Positions 27,614 to 37,076 of a stretch of DNA of 64,000 bases are shown piece after piece (position 1 is the stretch's first letter; each line of letters starts with the position of its first letter). Position numbers and translations under genes: made by a program. The DNA is from Escherichia phage vB_EcoM_PTE-Eco05. The notes under the pieces were generated by a model. That model was not told where the DNA came from. It made no database searches and was given only the letters and a program-made list of their open reading frames with translations. Location of the stretch: sequence record PQ306573.1; one strand, 5' to 3'.

Positions 27614-28081
27614 ATGTTAGTTTACCGCGTAGAACGTAGTTTTTGTACTCAACGTGAATCATTACCAGGAATTGCTATCGAAGATGGTAAAGCCGTCAGA
27701 ATTTGGGAAACCTCTTGGAATAAAGAACCTCGTTCGCCATACGGTTGGTCGGGCACCGACAACTCTGAAGAAACATGGGAGTTCCTTGATAAGCATGGAA
27801 TACTCTCAGGTAACTTCTACCATCACGGCGACAACTATAATGTCCCTAATCGTCCTACAGTAAATGAAGACAAACTCCTTGAACAAAATATCTTAAGATA
27901 CTATAGAATTGAGCACACATTTGAATTGAGTGAAGATTGGGCTCAAGGGTTCTATTTTGGATTTGAAAGTGTTGACGCGGTTTATGCATGGTTTGATGAC
28001 CAGGTGGATGTTGAACTCTTGAAAGCTAAAGGATACTACATCGCGGTCTATGAAGCACCTGATTTCATCCTCGGAAGTTGA
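27614..28081 (+). CDS. Hypothetical protein (155 aa)
   Basis: ATG after gaggagaataat RBS. Confidence 0.55.
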   Translation: MLVYRVERSFCTQRESLPGIAIEDGKAVRIWETSWNKEPRSPYGWSGTDNSEETWEFLDKHGILSGNFYHHGDNYNVPNRPTVNEDKLLEQNILRYYRIEHTFELSEDWAQGFYFGFESVDAVYAWFDDQVDVELLKAKGYYIAVYEAPDFILGS

Positions 28082-28138
28082 CAATTAATGTTTAGACGTT
28101 CATTGGCAGAACAAGTTGATTTTATTTTGCTAAAATGA

Positions 28139-28172
28139 TGTACAACAACTATGGTCTATGATACTATAGACC
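28139..28172 (+). promoter_or_regulatory. Early-type promoter (TGTACAA, spacer, TACTATAGACC)
   Basis: Conserved TATAGACCTATCA block; partial palindrome ggtctat/atagacc. Confidence 0.4.
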
Positions 28173-28195
28173 TATCAAAACAAGAGGAGAATATT

Positions 28196-28423
28196 ATGAA
28201 ACGTCAAATCATTAAAAACGTAACTACTGATTCAAACATCGATGAGTTTGAAGATGTTCTGTTTAATCCTGATTTAGTTGTTGTACAGAAAAACTGGACT
28301 GAATTTTTATGCTACACTGAAGTGGTTTACGTTTACGAAAAACTCGGCGATGAAATGCCTATCTATGGTATCTTCCGTGAAATCACTGAAAACGGTACAA
28401 CTTATTGGAAGGAAACTTACTAA
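28196..28423 (+). CDS. Hypothetical small protein (75 aa)
   Basis: Track ORF 28151..28423 trimmed to ATG after aagaggagaatatt. Confidence 0.45.
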   Translation: MKRQIIKNVTTDSNIDEFEDVLFNPDLVVVQKNWTEFLCYTEVVYVYEKLGDEMPIYGIFREITENGTTYWKETY

Positions 28424-28833
28424 TGGCTAATAAATTCCGCGTTAACTCATGGTACCAATTTAAAGATAAACGTGCCCAAGAAGAGTTTATTAAAGACCAC
28501 ACTGATAATGGGATTTATGCACGACGTCTTGGCATGGAACCATTTAAAGTATTAGATGTTGACCATCTTGGTCGTCCTACTAAAATTGTGACATCTACTG
28601 GCATGGTTGGATACGCAACAGGCGGTGATATCCTTGATGAAAACTTTATCTGGCTCTCCACGAATGAAGCAGAGTTCTTTGACGAAGTTGGAAATCCATA
28701 TCAAGAGTCTGAAGAGCAAGATTCTAGTGAACTTGACGAATTGTCTGAATTTCCGGTGATGACGATTACTATCGAAAATAACGTCCAGGCATGGTCTTTG
28801 TATCAAATGTTGAAAGCACATTTTAAGGAATAA
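28423..28833 (+). CDS. Hypothetical protein (136 aa)
   Basis: ATG overlaps upstream stop (TAATG). Confidence 0.5.
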   Translation: MANKFRVNSWYQFKDKRAQEEFIKDHTDNGIYARRLGMEPFKVLDVDHLGRPTKIVTSTGMVGYATGGDILDENFIWLSTNEAEFFDEVGNPYQESEEQDSSELDELSEFPVMTITIENNVQAWSLYQMLKAHFKE

Positions 28834-28835
28834 TA

Positions 28836-29015
28836 ATGCCGTTATACGACTATAAATGTCAATCTGAAGATTGTGGCCATGAATATGAAAAAATTAAAAG
28901 GATTTCTGAACGAGAAAACGATGTTTGCCCTGAATGTCATCGTCTGTCTACTCGTCGGGTTTCTGCTCCTAAACATGTGAACGGTGGTTTTTACGACTTA
29001 CTTAAGAAGGGTTAA
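28836..29015 (+). CDS. Zinc-ribbon small protein (59 aa, CxxC...CxxC)
   Basis: MPLYDYKCQSEDCGHE...CPECH; two CxxC pairs; below ORF-track cutoff. Confidence 0.4.
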   Translation: MPLYDYKCQSEDCGHEYEKIKRISERENDVCPECHRLSTRRVSAPKHVNGGFYDLLKKG

Positions 29016-29017
29016 TT

Positions 29018-29443
29018 ATGGCTTTTAAAGGTTTTGAAGTTGGTAAGAAATATCGTATTATCAAAGGTCAAGAAGATAATTTCTTGAGAATTCTTAATAC
29101 GACTGGTAAACGTCTTAATACTAATCTGCATACTACTTTATTGTCCAAAGATTTTATTGTGGAAGAGATGATTGGTTACGGTGTTTCGGTTATTGCTGTA
29201 GAAGCCGTAGGCGATTATGGCCGAACTATTCATAGTATGCAAGGTGATATTCTGCTTTATGGTGCAGAATTTAAATTCTTTGAAGAAGTTCAGGAACCAG
29301 ATACAGCTGTCGATTTCAAAAAAGGCTCTATAGAATTTGTTGATGGTTCGGTGATCGTATCAGGCGATGTGGTCATTACAGTTAAAAGTGAACAAGGGCG
29401 TTTGGCTGCAATTGATGCACTTCAGAAAATTAAATTTAAATAA
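29018..29443 (+). CDS. Hypothetical protein (141 aa)
   Basis: ATG 2 nt after upstream stop; followed by terminator. Confidence 0.55.
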   Translation: MAFKGFEVGKKYRIIKGQEDNFLRILNTTGKRLNTNLHTTLLSKDFIVEEMIGYGVSVIAVEAVGDYGRTIHSMQGDILLYGAEFKFFEEVQEPDTAVDFKKGSIEFVDGSVIVSGDVVITVKSEQGRLAAIDALQKIKFK

Positions 29444-29460
29444 GGGCTTCGGCCCTTTTT
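29444..29460 (+). terminator. Rho-independent terminator (gggc ttcg gccc followed by T5)
   Basis: GC stem, UUCG loop and T tract seen directly. Confidence 0.65.
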
Positions 29461-29484
29461 GCTTTAGATTTCGGATGATAGAAT
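29460..29484 (+). promoter_or_regulatory. MotA-dependent middle promoter candidate upstream of gene 39 (TTGCTTTA box, 11 bp, TAGAAT)
   Basis: tttTGCTTTAgatttcggatgaTAGAAT matches the (a/t)(a/t)TGCTT(t/c)A MotA box with correct spacing to TAnnnT. Confidence 0.5.
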
Positions 29485-29506
29485 ACCTTCATAACGAGGA
29501 GACAAC

Positions 29507-31324
29507 ATGATTAAAAATGAAATTAAGGTATTGTCAGATGTAGAACATATTAAGAAACGTAGTGGTATGTATATTGGTTCTTCTGCTAAAGAAGCACATG
29601 AGCGTTTTTTGTTTGGTAAATATCAACAAGTTGAATATGTTCCTGGTCTGGTTAAATTAATCGATGAGATTATTGACAACTCGGTTGATGAAGCTATTCG
29701 TACATCATTTAAGTTTGCAAATAAAATTGATGTGCAAATTAAAAATAATCAAGTTTCGGTGGAAGATAACGGACGTGGTATTCCTCAAGGTTTAGTTACC
29801 GACCAAACAGGTGAACAAATTCCTGGGCCTGTAGCAGCCTGGACTATTCCAAAGGCTGGTGGTAACTTTGGTGATGATTCTGAACGCAAGACTGGTGGTA
29901 TGAACGGCGTCGGGAGTAGTTTAACTAATATCTTCTCTACGTTGTTTACAGGCATCACGTCAGATGGCGAAAATGAAATCACTGTTAACTGTTCAAACGG
30001 AATGGAAAACAAATCATGGTCTTCTAAGAAATCTAAAGGTAAAGGCACTAAAGTAATCTTCACTCCTGATTTCACTTCATTTGAAGAGCATAATTTATCT
30101 CAAATTTATTTAGATATTACTTTAGACCGACTTCAAACATTGGCAGTCGTTTATCCTGATATCAAGTTCACATTTAATGGTAAAAAGGTTGATGGTAATT
30201 TTAAACGATTTGCTAAACAATTTGGTGAAGATAACATCATTCAAGAAAATGATAAAGTCTCTATAGCATTCACAACATCACCCGATGGCTTCCGTCATTT
30301 AACTTATGTGAATAACATCCATACTAAAAATGGTGGTCATCATGTTGAATGTGTAATGGATGATATCTGCGAACATCTTTTACCGGGTATTAAAAAGAAA
30401 TATAAGGGTATTGAAGTCACTAAAGCTCGTGTTAAAGAATGCCTCACAATGTTGATGTTTATTAGAGACATGAGCAACATGCGTTTTGATTCTCAGACTA
30501 AAGAACGTTTAACGTCAACGTATGGTGATATTCGTAATCATATCCAATTAGATGCTAAAAAAATTGCTCAGGCACTTCTTAAAAACGAAGCCTTGATTAT
30601 GCCTATTGTTGAAGCAGCATTAGCTCGTAAATTGGCAGCAGAAAAGGCTGCAGAAACTAAAGCAGCTAAAAAGGCAACTAAAGCTAAGGTTCATAAGCAT
30701 ATTAAAGCTAACCAATGTGGTAAAGATGCAGATACGACATTGTTCTTAACAGAAGGTGATTCTGCAATTGGTTATCTCATTGATGTTCGTGACCGTGAAC
30801 TACACGGTGGATTCCCATTACGTGGTAAGGTGATGAATAGCTGGGGTATGTCATATGCTGATATGATGAAGAACAAAGAGCTCTTCGATATCTGTGCTAT
30901 CACAGGTCTTATTCTTGGTGAAAAGGCAGAGAATACGAACTATCGTAATATTGCAATTATGACCGATGCCGATCACGACGGTCTTGGAAGTATTTATCCT
31001 GCTTTGCTTGCTTTCTTTAGTAATTGGCCCGAATTGTTTGAACAAGGACGTATTCGCTTTGTTAAAACACCTGTAATTATTGCACAAATTGGCAAAACTC
31101 AAAAATGGTTTTATACTGTAGCTGAGTATGAAGAAGTTAAAGATACACTGCCTAAGCATAGTATTCGATACATCAAGGGATTAGGCTCCCTTGAAAAGTC
31201 AGAGTATCGTGAAATGATTCAGAACCCTGTGTACGACGTAGTTAAACTTCCTGAAAATTGGAAAGAACTCTTTGAAATGTTGTTGGGTGATGATTCAGAA
31301 CTTCGTAAAGAATGGATGTCCTAA
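29507..31324 (+). CDS. 39: DNA topoisomerase II large subunit, unsplit gp39 (GyrB-like ATPase plus Toprim plus C-terminal segment)
   Basis: 605 aa; GHKL ATPase N-terminus, Toprim LFLTEGDSA and MTDADHDG, C-terminal YIKGLGSL...ELFEMLLGD (GyrB tail) all in one ORF. Confidence 0.9.
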   Translation: MIKNEIKVLSDVEHIKKRSGMYIGSSAKEAHERFLFGKYQQVEYVPGLVKLIDEIIDNSVDEAIRTSFKFANKIDVQIKNNQVSVEDNGRGIPQGLVTDQTGEQIPGPVAAWTIPKAGGNFGDDSERKTGGMNGVGSSLTNIFSTLFTGITSDGENEITVNCSNGMENKSWSSKKSKGKGTKVIFTPDFTSFEEHNLSQIYLDITLDRLQTLAVVYPDIKFTFNGKKVDGNFKRFAKQFGEDNIIQENDKVSIAFTTSPDGFRHLTYVNNIHTKNGGHHVECVMDDICEHLLPGIKKKYKGIEVTKARVKECLTMLMFIRDMSNMRFDSQTKERLTSTYGDIRNHIQLDAKKIAQALLKNEALIMPIVEAALARKLAAEKAAETKAAKKATKAKVHKHIKANQCGKDADTTLFLTEGDSAIGYLIDVRDRELHGGFPLRGKVMNSWGMSYADMMKNKELFDICAITGLILGEKAENTNYRNIAIMTDADHDGLGSIYPALLAFFSNWPELFEQGRIRFVKTPVIIAQIGKTQKWFYTVAEYEEVKDTLPKHSIRYIKGLGSLEKSEYREMIQNPVYDVVKLPENWKELFEMLLGDDSELRKEWMS

Positions 31325-31340
31325 GCTCCTTCGGGAGCTT
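31324..31340 (+). terminator. Stem-loop (agctcc ttcg ggagct) after gene 39, weak T tract
   Basis: 6-bp stem with UUCG loop, followed by cattttaatttt. Confidence 0.45.
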
Positions 31341-31366
31341 CATTTTAATTTTAATAAGGCTTAATT

Positions 31367-32467
31367 ATGAAAGTTATGTTTATCCCATCTCGCGCAGTCC
31401 CATTTAACCCAGAACGTGTACAAGGTGGTCTTGAAGCAGTACATTTAAATGTGTTGAAATATTTAGTTTCTATCGGTGCCGATATTGATTATATTGGTTT
31501 TGATAATGACACGTTTGGTGACTGGAAAGTTAATCATCATCCTGTTGGTCATCTGACTAAATTCAGTCTAGGTATGAGTTATACTATGGCTCGTAAGATT
31601 GTTGAACTAGCCGGCATTAATGAGTACGATTTCGTTGTTACAATGGAACCGACCAAACTAACCGTTCAGGCAATTAAAGACGCAGGTCTCTCTAAAGTTC
31701 ATAAGAATTTTATGGCAACACCATTTGAACCAGTATCTCGTGGCATTGTTCAAATTTGGGACCAGACTATTCAAATTCGTAAGAACGGTGGTAAGAGTTA
31801 TGCTCCTACTAAAGCCTTCCGTGAATTTGAACGCAAATATTGTTATATGACTTCAGGTCTGACTGACAAAATTGATTATGATTATTGGCGAGCAAATCCG
31901 TTGTTTGAAACCGAAGATTATCCGGTTATTTGTTTGAATGAGAAACCTGAAGTTCTTCCGGCGACTGATCTGATTATTAGTGCACAACGTTATGACACTA
32001 AAATGCGTCGTACTGATGTTGCTCTTGAAGCGATTAAAGCACTAGGCGAAAATGGTGTAGGATACTGTCCTAGTAAATGGGCACCACCGGCTAAGTATCC
32101 TGTTATTATTGATGCTCCACACAGTGAAATCATGGAACGTCTTAAAACAGCTAAAGCACTTATCAATACGTGTCCTGACACGGGTACGGTAGAGAATAGT
32201 TCTATTGAAGCCATCTCTAAAGGTGTCCCTGTGATTCAGTTAGTTTTTAAGGATTATCCGCACGCGACATTCGAATACGACCCAGATACTGTGCGTGTAG
32301 AAATTGATTCCTCTACTCCTAAGAAAGAAGTAGTTGCGCTTTACACAAAAGCTGTATTAGAATTCACTGACACATACGAAGCTCGAGTTAAACGTGCTGA
32401 AGCCGTATGGAAGAAGTATAACCGAGATGCAGTTGTTGCGATGTGGGATAAAATCTTCACAGCGTAA
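31367..32467 (+). CDS. GT-B fold glycosyltransferase (GT4/GT5-like); candidate DNA sugar transferase
   Basis: 366 aa; N-terminus MKVMFIPSRAVPFNPERVQGGLEAV resembles the xGGL donor-binding start of GT4/GT5 enzymes; C-terminal TGTVENSSIEAISKGVPVI resembles the E-x7-E/PVI motif. Confidence 0.6.
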   Translation: MKVMFIPSRAVPFNPERVQGGLEAVHLNVLKYLVSIGADIDYIGFDNDTFGDWKVNHHPVGHLTKFSLGMSYTMARKIVELAGINEYDFVVTMEPTKLTVQAIKDAGLSKVHKNFMATPFEPVSRGIVQIWDQTIQIRKNGGKSYAPTKAFREFERKYCYMTSGLTDKIDYDYWRANPLFETEDYPVICLNEKPEVLPATDLIISAQRYDTKMRRTDVALEAIKALGENGVGYCPSKWAPPAKYPVIIDAPHSEIMERLKTAKALINTCPDTGTVENSSIEAISKGVPVIQLVFKDYPHATFEYDPDTVRVEIDSSTPKKEVVALYTKAVLEFTDTYEARVKRAEAVWKKYNRDAVVAMWDKIFTA

Positions 32468-32483
32468 ATCCTGAATCGCCTGA

Positions 32484-32534
32484 GGCACTATTACACATAA
32501 GATGATAGATTATATGGTCTTTAGTAATAGTGCC
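32484..32534 (+). repeat. 11-bp perfect inverted repeat (ggcactattac ... gtaatagtgcc) with 29-nt loop
   Basis: Seen directly between the glycosyltransferase gene and the next ORF. Confidence 0.6.
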
Positions 32535-32559
32535 CTAGGAATCTACTGAAGAGAATATT

Positions 32560-32760
32560 ATGAGAACATATAACGTGGACTTGGAACTTTTTGATAAAGC
32601 AGTGCTCCGGGAATTCCGGCTTATCCAAAGATTTTTTGATATCGAATCAGCAGAGTCCTTTAAAGAACGCTTTAAAGAAATTCGATATAAAATACAAACC
32701 GATACAGCTACTAAAGAAGAACTTCTTGAAGTAGCAGAAATTTTTAAACGTAACTTGTGA
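32560..32760 (+). CDS. Hypothetical small protein (66 aa)
   Basis: ATG after gaagagaatatt; upstream of rIIA. Confidence 0.45.
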   Translation: MRTYNVDLELFDKAVLREFRLIQRFFDIESAESFKERFKEIRYKIQTDTATKEELLEVAEIFKRNL

Positions 32761-32772
32761 TGAGAGAAAAAT

Positions 32773-34986
32773 ATGATTATTGAAACGGCTAAAGAAACGA
32801 TTATTGGTTCAGGCGGTAAGAGCACAGCATTCACTATTCAAGGCAATAGCAAAGTTTATAAGATTTTGTCTAATGACCTTTATACAAACAAAGAATTGGC
32901 TTGTGTACGTGAATTAATCACAAACTGTATTGATGGACAAATTCTTAATGGTTGCACTGATAAGTTTATTGTTCAGGCTCCAGGTCGTTTAGACCCACGT
33001 TTTGTAGTTCGAGACTTTGGTCCTGGTATGAGCGATTTCACCATTCGAGGTAATGACGAAGAGCCAGGAATCTATAACTCATATTTTGCTTCAACTAAAA
33101 CATCGAGTAACGATTTCATTGGTGGATTCGGACTCGGCTCTAAAGCTCCACTAGCATATACTGATACGTTTAACCTTACGTCTTATCACAACGGTGAAGT
33201 TCGTGGTTACGTAATCTACCAAGATGACACGGGTCCCCAGATTAAGCCGACCTTCGTAGATAAGATGGGTCCTGATGACCGGACCGGCGTTGAAGTAGTT
33301 GTGCCTGTTAACCCAGAAGATTTTGAAAAGTTCGCATCCGAAATTGCTTATGTTATGCGTCCTCTCGGCGATATTGCAGAAGTTCGTGGTGTTAAAGATA
33401 TCAAATACTTCCCGGAATTCGATGATGTTTATTTAGCCAAGGAAGCTCCATGGGGTGAACGTGGTAATATCATGGCTGTTTATGGTGGTATTGTATATCC
33501 AATCGGAAGTGTTATTAAAGAACAAACATGGATGATGACGCGATGCACTACAGCTTATATTAAATTCCCTATGGGTGAACTAGATGTAGCCCCGTCTCGT
33601 GAAGCATTGTCATTTGATAAACGTACAGTAGCAAATATCCATAAACGTGTTGCAGAAATCGATGCAAAATTATTTGCTGAAGATTCTAAGAAATGGATTG
33701 ATTGTAAATACCCACGCCATGTGTTCCGTGAAATTGATTCTCTTGGTTATACCGCTCGTAAATACATGGAAAAGGCTGGGTCTAATATTGAATCACTGAA
33801 ATACTCTAAAGAACAGCTAACTTATTCCGAGTTGTACAAACGTTTTAAAATGGGACCTGAGTGGTGTAATCTTGGCATCGTATACGATATCGTTGAATCC
33901 CCTCGTCTTCGTCGTATTCGTGAAAGTGGTAGCTCATCATCAACCATTTCAATTAACAGCCTGATTGGCATTAACATTAAAAACGTTGAAATTGTTATTG
34001 ACGACGTTAAGGGACGCGTTCCATTAATGCGAGCTCTTAATTCAATTGAAATGTCTAAAGACGAGGTTAAATTAACCGGTAAAGTTCCACGCGGTTTTGG
34101 TAAAAGCGTACTATTCGTTGACCCTACAGACGAAGATGCAATGAAACTTCTGGAACGCCTTAAAGTTATCTTTGATGGCGATAACATTAACATGTACAAG
34201 ACTTCAGAGCTTTTACAAATCGTTAAGCCATGGATTGAAGTCAGGAAACGAACTAATGAGCCTCGTCCTAAATCCCCAAGTGCTCATCGGTTCTTTAAGA
34301 ATGAAAACGATGTTTGGGTATCGGAAGATCTCTTTATTCCAGCGAGTGAAGCTGATGAAATCCAAGGTTATGCTATAGTTCGTAATCGTTCTAATGCTGA
34401 ATGTCTTGACGCAGATAAAGGTTGGTTGAACTACGACTCTAATTTCTTGACCCGTATTGCCGATTTGTCAGGTATTAAAGAGTTCACTGTAGTCCGTCCA
34501 CAGATTGCTAAGAAAGTTCGTAAACTTGGTGAAGTAGAATGTTTGTTTGAAAAATCAATTAATGACTATATTATGCTAATCGATAAAGTAGATTATGATG
34601 AGTATGTATCACCAAGTCGTAGAGCACAGCCTTATTTGAATCATATTACTCGTAATGAAGAGCTTAACTTCCTTAGTAAGTATTTTAGCTCTAAGAACAA
34701 AGAAATCAGTAAAGACTTTGCAAAACTCTCAACAGTAAATAATCGTTGGGGATGGAATCGATTCGCAGGTGCTACTAATACAGACCTGAATAAGAAGTTA
34801 GAATTGTGTGCTAAAATTTTCGATAAGCTTAAAGATAATGCTTATGATAATGATAATAAAATGGTTATTGAATTCGAAACCAATTATCATATTGTGTCAG
34901 AATACATGGGACGACGTGGTACTCTTTCAAAAGAACAGGTCGCTCAAATCGTTAAATTCATGAAGGCCGTGGAAGCGGCCAAATAA
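32773..34986 (+). CDS. rIIA: rIIA protein (membrane-associated lysis-inhibition / exclusion-escape factor)
   Basis: 737 aa; N-terminal GHKL-like ATPase fold (ELITNCIDG, GGFGLGSK); paired with rIIB. Confidence 0.8.
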   Translation: MIIETAKETIIGSGGKSTAFTIQGNSKVYKILSNDLYTNKELACVRELITNCIDGQILNGCTDKFIVQAPGRLDPRFVVRDFGPGMSDFTIRGNDEEPGIYNSYFASTKTSSNDFIGGFGLGSKAPLAYTDTFNLTSYHNGEVRGYVIYQDDTGPQIKPTFVDKMGPDDRTGVEVVVPVNPEDFEKFASEIAYVMRPLGDIAEVRGVKDIKYFPEFDDVYLAKEAPWGERGNIMAVYGGIVYPIGSVIKEQTWMMTRCTTAYIKFPMGELDVAPSREALSFDKRTVANIHKRVAEIDAKLFAEDSKKWIDCKYPRHVFREIDSLGYTARKYMEKAGSNIESLKYSKEQLTYSELYKRFKMGPEWCNLGIVYDIVESPRLRRIRESGSSSSTISINSLIGINIKNVEIVIDDVKGRVPLMRALNSIEMSKDEVKLTGKVPRGFGKSVLFVDPTDEDAMKLLERLKVIFDGDNINMYKTSELLQIVKPWIEVRKRTNEPRPKSPSAHRFFKNENDVWVSEDLFIPASEADEIQGYAIVRNRSNAECLDADKGWLNYDSNFLTRIADLSGIKEFTVVRPQIAKKVRKLGEVECLFEKSINDYIMLIDKVDYDEYVSPSRRAQPYLNHITRNEELNFLSKYFSSKNKEISKDFAKLSTVNNRWGWNRFAGATNTDLNKKLELCAKIFDKLKDNAYDNDNKMVIEFETNYHIVSEYMGRRGTLSKEQVAQIVKFMKAVEAAK

Positions 34987-34995
34987 GGAAACATT

Positions 34996-35922
34996 ATGTA
35001 CAATATCAAATGCTTGTCCAAAGAAGAACAGTTAGAAGCTTACAGACTGGTTGAATCAGATCAATGGACCCGTCGGGAAATTGCTGATTACTTCGACATT
35101 TCAACAGATACTCTTCGTAAGATTGTTAAGAATTTTAAAGCCGAAGATGAGACTTCGAAAGTTGAAGAAGTTCCAGAAAATGATGAACCTATTATCGGCG
35201 GCCATCGTCCTGAAATCGTATGGAATGCGTCATCTAAATTTATTTCAATTATTGAAGGACGCGTAGCATACAATGCGACTCCATCAAGTCATGCAAATTT
35301 TGAAGAAATTAAAGCTAATCTGGTCGCAGGAAACCTTAGTAAAGCTGTCGAACTTATTAACATCAAGAAAGCTATTAGTAAGTTTGTTGACGGTAATGTT
35401 GTTATTGAAGGTGGTAGTTTATTTTATCAAGGTATAGAAATTCGTTCAGGACTGGTTAATCGTATTATTGATTCTATGGAAAAAGGCGAAGACTTTAAAT
35501 TCTATCTGCCGTTCCTTGAAAACCTGTTAGAAAACCCAAGCGAAAAAGCTGTACAACGTTTATTCGACTTCTTGGTTGCAAACGATATTGAAATCACTGA
35601 AGATGGGCATTTCTATGCGTGGAAAGTAGTTCGTAAGGACTATTTAGACTGCTATAGTGGTACATTTGATAACTCCCCAGGTAAAGTTGTTTCAATGCCT
35701 CGTACTCGAGTTAACGACGATGATACTCAAACCTGTTCTCGCGGTCTCCATGTTTGTGCTAAATCTTATATTCGCCACTTTGGTTCAAGCTCAGATAAAG
35801 TTGTGAAAGTTAAAGTTCATCCACGTGATGTTGTATCCATCCCGGTTGACTATGGTGATGCTAAGATGCGTACATGTCGTTATGAAGTAATTTCAGACGT
35901 TACTGAATTGTTTGCAGAATAA
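34996..35922 (+). CDS. rIIB: rIIB protein
   Basis: 308 aa immediately downstream of rIIA; size and synteny. Confidence 0.75.
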   Translation: MYNIKCLSKEEQLEAYRLVESDQWTRREIADYFDISTDTLRKIVKNFKAEDETSKVEEVPENDEPIIGGHRPEIVWNASSKFISIIEGRVAYNATPSSHANFEEIKANLVAGNLSKAVELINIKKAISKFVDGNVVIEGGSLFYQGIEIRSGLVNRIIDSMEKGEDFKFYLPFLENLLENPSEKAVQRLFDFLVANDIEITEDGHFYAWKVVRKDYLDCYSGTFDNSPGKVVSMPRTRVNDDDTQTCSRGLHVCAKSYIRHFGSSSDKVVKVKVHPRDVVSIPVDYGDAKMRTCRYEVISDVTELFAE

Positions 35923-35927
35923 TAATT

Positions 35928-35950
35928 GGGGACTTCGGTCCCCTTTTTTC
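35928..35950 (+). terminator. Rho-independent terminator (ggggac ttcg gtcccc followed by T6)
   Basis: Seen directly after rIIB. Confidence 0.8.
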
Positions 35951-35963
35951 TTTAGGGGTAATT

Positions 35964-36251
35964 ATGATTCATCCATTTGACGTATCAGAATCCAAAATTG
36001 CTAATCTTCGTGGTCATCATAAGTGTAAATCAGTTTATTGTGCTAAATTGGTAAAACATCCTGGCGATGCACACTACGGCTGGTTAGAATGCGACGAAGT
36101 TGTTATTGAAATTCCGCCTGTAGATGCAGAATATCTTGAAGAAGGTGACCGCATTTATTTTGGCGAACTACACATCAGAGGTATCTATGGTAAAGACGAA
36201 CTTGGGGCTGTTGAGGCTGAAGAGTCTTCCGACATTTATCCTGTCGAATGA
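35964..36251 (+). CDS. Hypothetical protein (95 aa)
   Basis: ATG after aggggtaatt RBS just downstream of the terminator. Confidence 0.5.
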   Translation: MIHPFDVSESKIANLRGHHKCKSVYCAKLVKHPGDAHYGWLECDEVVIEIPPVDAEYLEEGDRIYFGELHIRGIYGKDELGAVEAEESSDIYPVE

Positions 36252-36267
36252 GTTTTTGACTAGCGAA

Positions 36268-36744
36268 ATGAAGGTTAAGATCGCTGATACTGCTCGGTAC
36301 TCGTTGAAACAAGATCCAGGTCAAATAAAAGAAGACGTTGTTCGACGTTGTAAGGTTGCAGTCTTTGCAGAGTATGTAGTAGCAAATTGGCTAGACGGAT
36401 ATGTTAATAAAGGTAATGAAGACGTAGAAGACCCGTACACGTATGCATGGGACGTTTTAGCTCATCCTAAGTACTGTGGTCTACGCGTAGAAGTAAAGAC
36501 CCATCAGATGGATTCGAAATGGATTTCGGTTACCACAGGATACAGTGGTGATTATCCGGGTGGTAATGGAATCAATATAGGGCCCTTCTTGAACCATCGA
36601 GTCGCAGATTGCATTATTATATTAGATGTCAAAGAAACCTCACCTGACGTCTTCTCTTATTCTATAAAGTTCGTGGGAGACCATGAAGACCTAAAGAAAA
36701 TCGTCCGCAAGAGCAACTACAACGGGTGGTATCTTCATCTTTAA
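36268..36744 (+). CDS. Hypothetical protein (about 158 aa); start uncertain
   Basis: Track ORF 36124..36744 overlaps the upstream gene; first ATG downstream of the upstream stop is 36268. Confidence 0.4.
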   Translation: MKVKIADTARYSLKQDPGQIKEDVVRRCKVAVFAEYVVANWLDGYVNKGNEDVEDPYTYAWDVLAHPKYCGLRVEVKTHQMDSKWISVTTGYSGDYPGGNGINIGPFLNHRVADCIIILDVKETSPDVFSYSIKFVGDHEDLKKIVRKSNYNGWYLHL

Positions 36745-36756
36745 TTTCATAAAAGT

Positions 36757-36790
36757 GTTTACAACTAAGTAGGACTATGATATAGTAGTC
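36757..36790 (+). promoter_or_regulatory. Early-type promoter (GTTTACA, spacer, TATAGTAGTCC) with palindrome AGGACTA/TAGTCCT
   Basis: Seen directly. Confidence 0.5.
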
Positions 36791-36812
36791 CTATCTAAAA
36801 GAAGATAACATC

Positions 36813-37076
36813 ATGAAATTTAAATTTTTCTACGCAAAACATAAAGTAACAGGCGAATTTGTTTCAATGTGCAACACTGCAGATGACGAAGGGATGATTT
36901 ATACCCATTTGGGTCTATCTCATTGGGACTCGGACGTGCCTTATATGTCATCTGAAGCCGAAATAACTCGTTTAGTTAACGGACATATGAACGACCATTT
37001 TGGTATTATTCTTTCTAAAGACCTTAAAGAGGTTATCAACAAAGGATATATGGAACTCGCGGAAGTTGAGATATGA
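36813..37076 (+). CDS. Hypothetical protein (87 aa)
   Basis: ATG after aagaagataacatc. Confidence 0.5.
   Translation: MKFKFFYAKHKVTGEFVSMCNTADDEGMIYTHLGLSHWDSDVPYMSSEAEITRLVNGHMNDHFGIILSKDLKEVINKGYMELAEVEI

Noticed and set aside
36124-36267. N-terminal 48 codons of track ORF 36124..36744
   Set aside because: This extension overlaps the preceding 95-aa gene, which has its own RBS and follows a terminator; the downstream gene more likely starts at the first ATG after that stop (36268).
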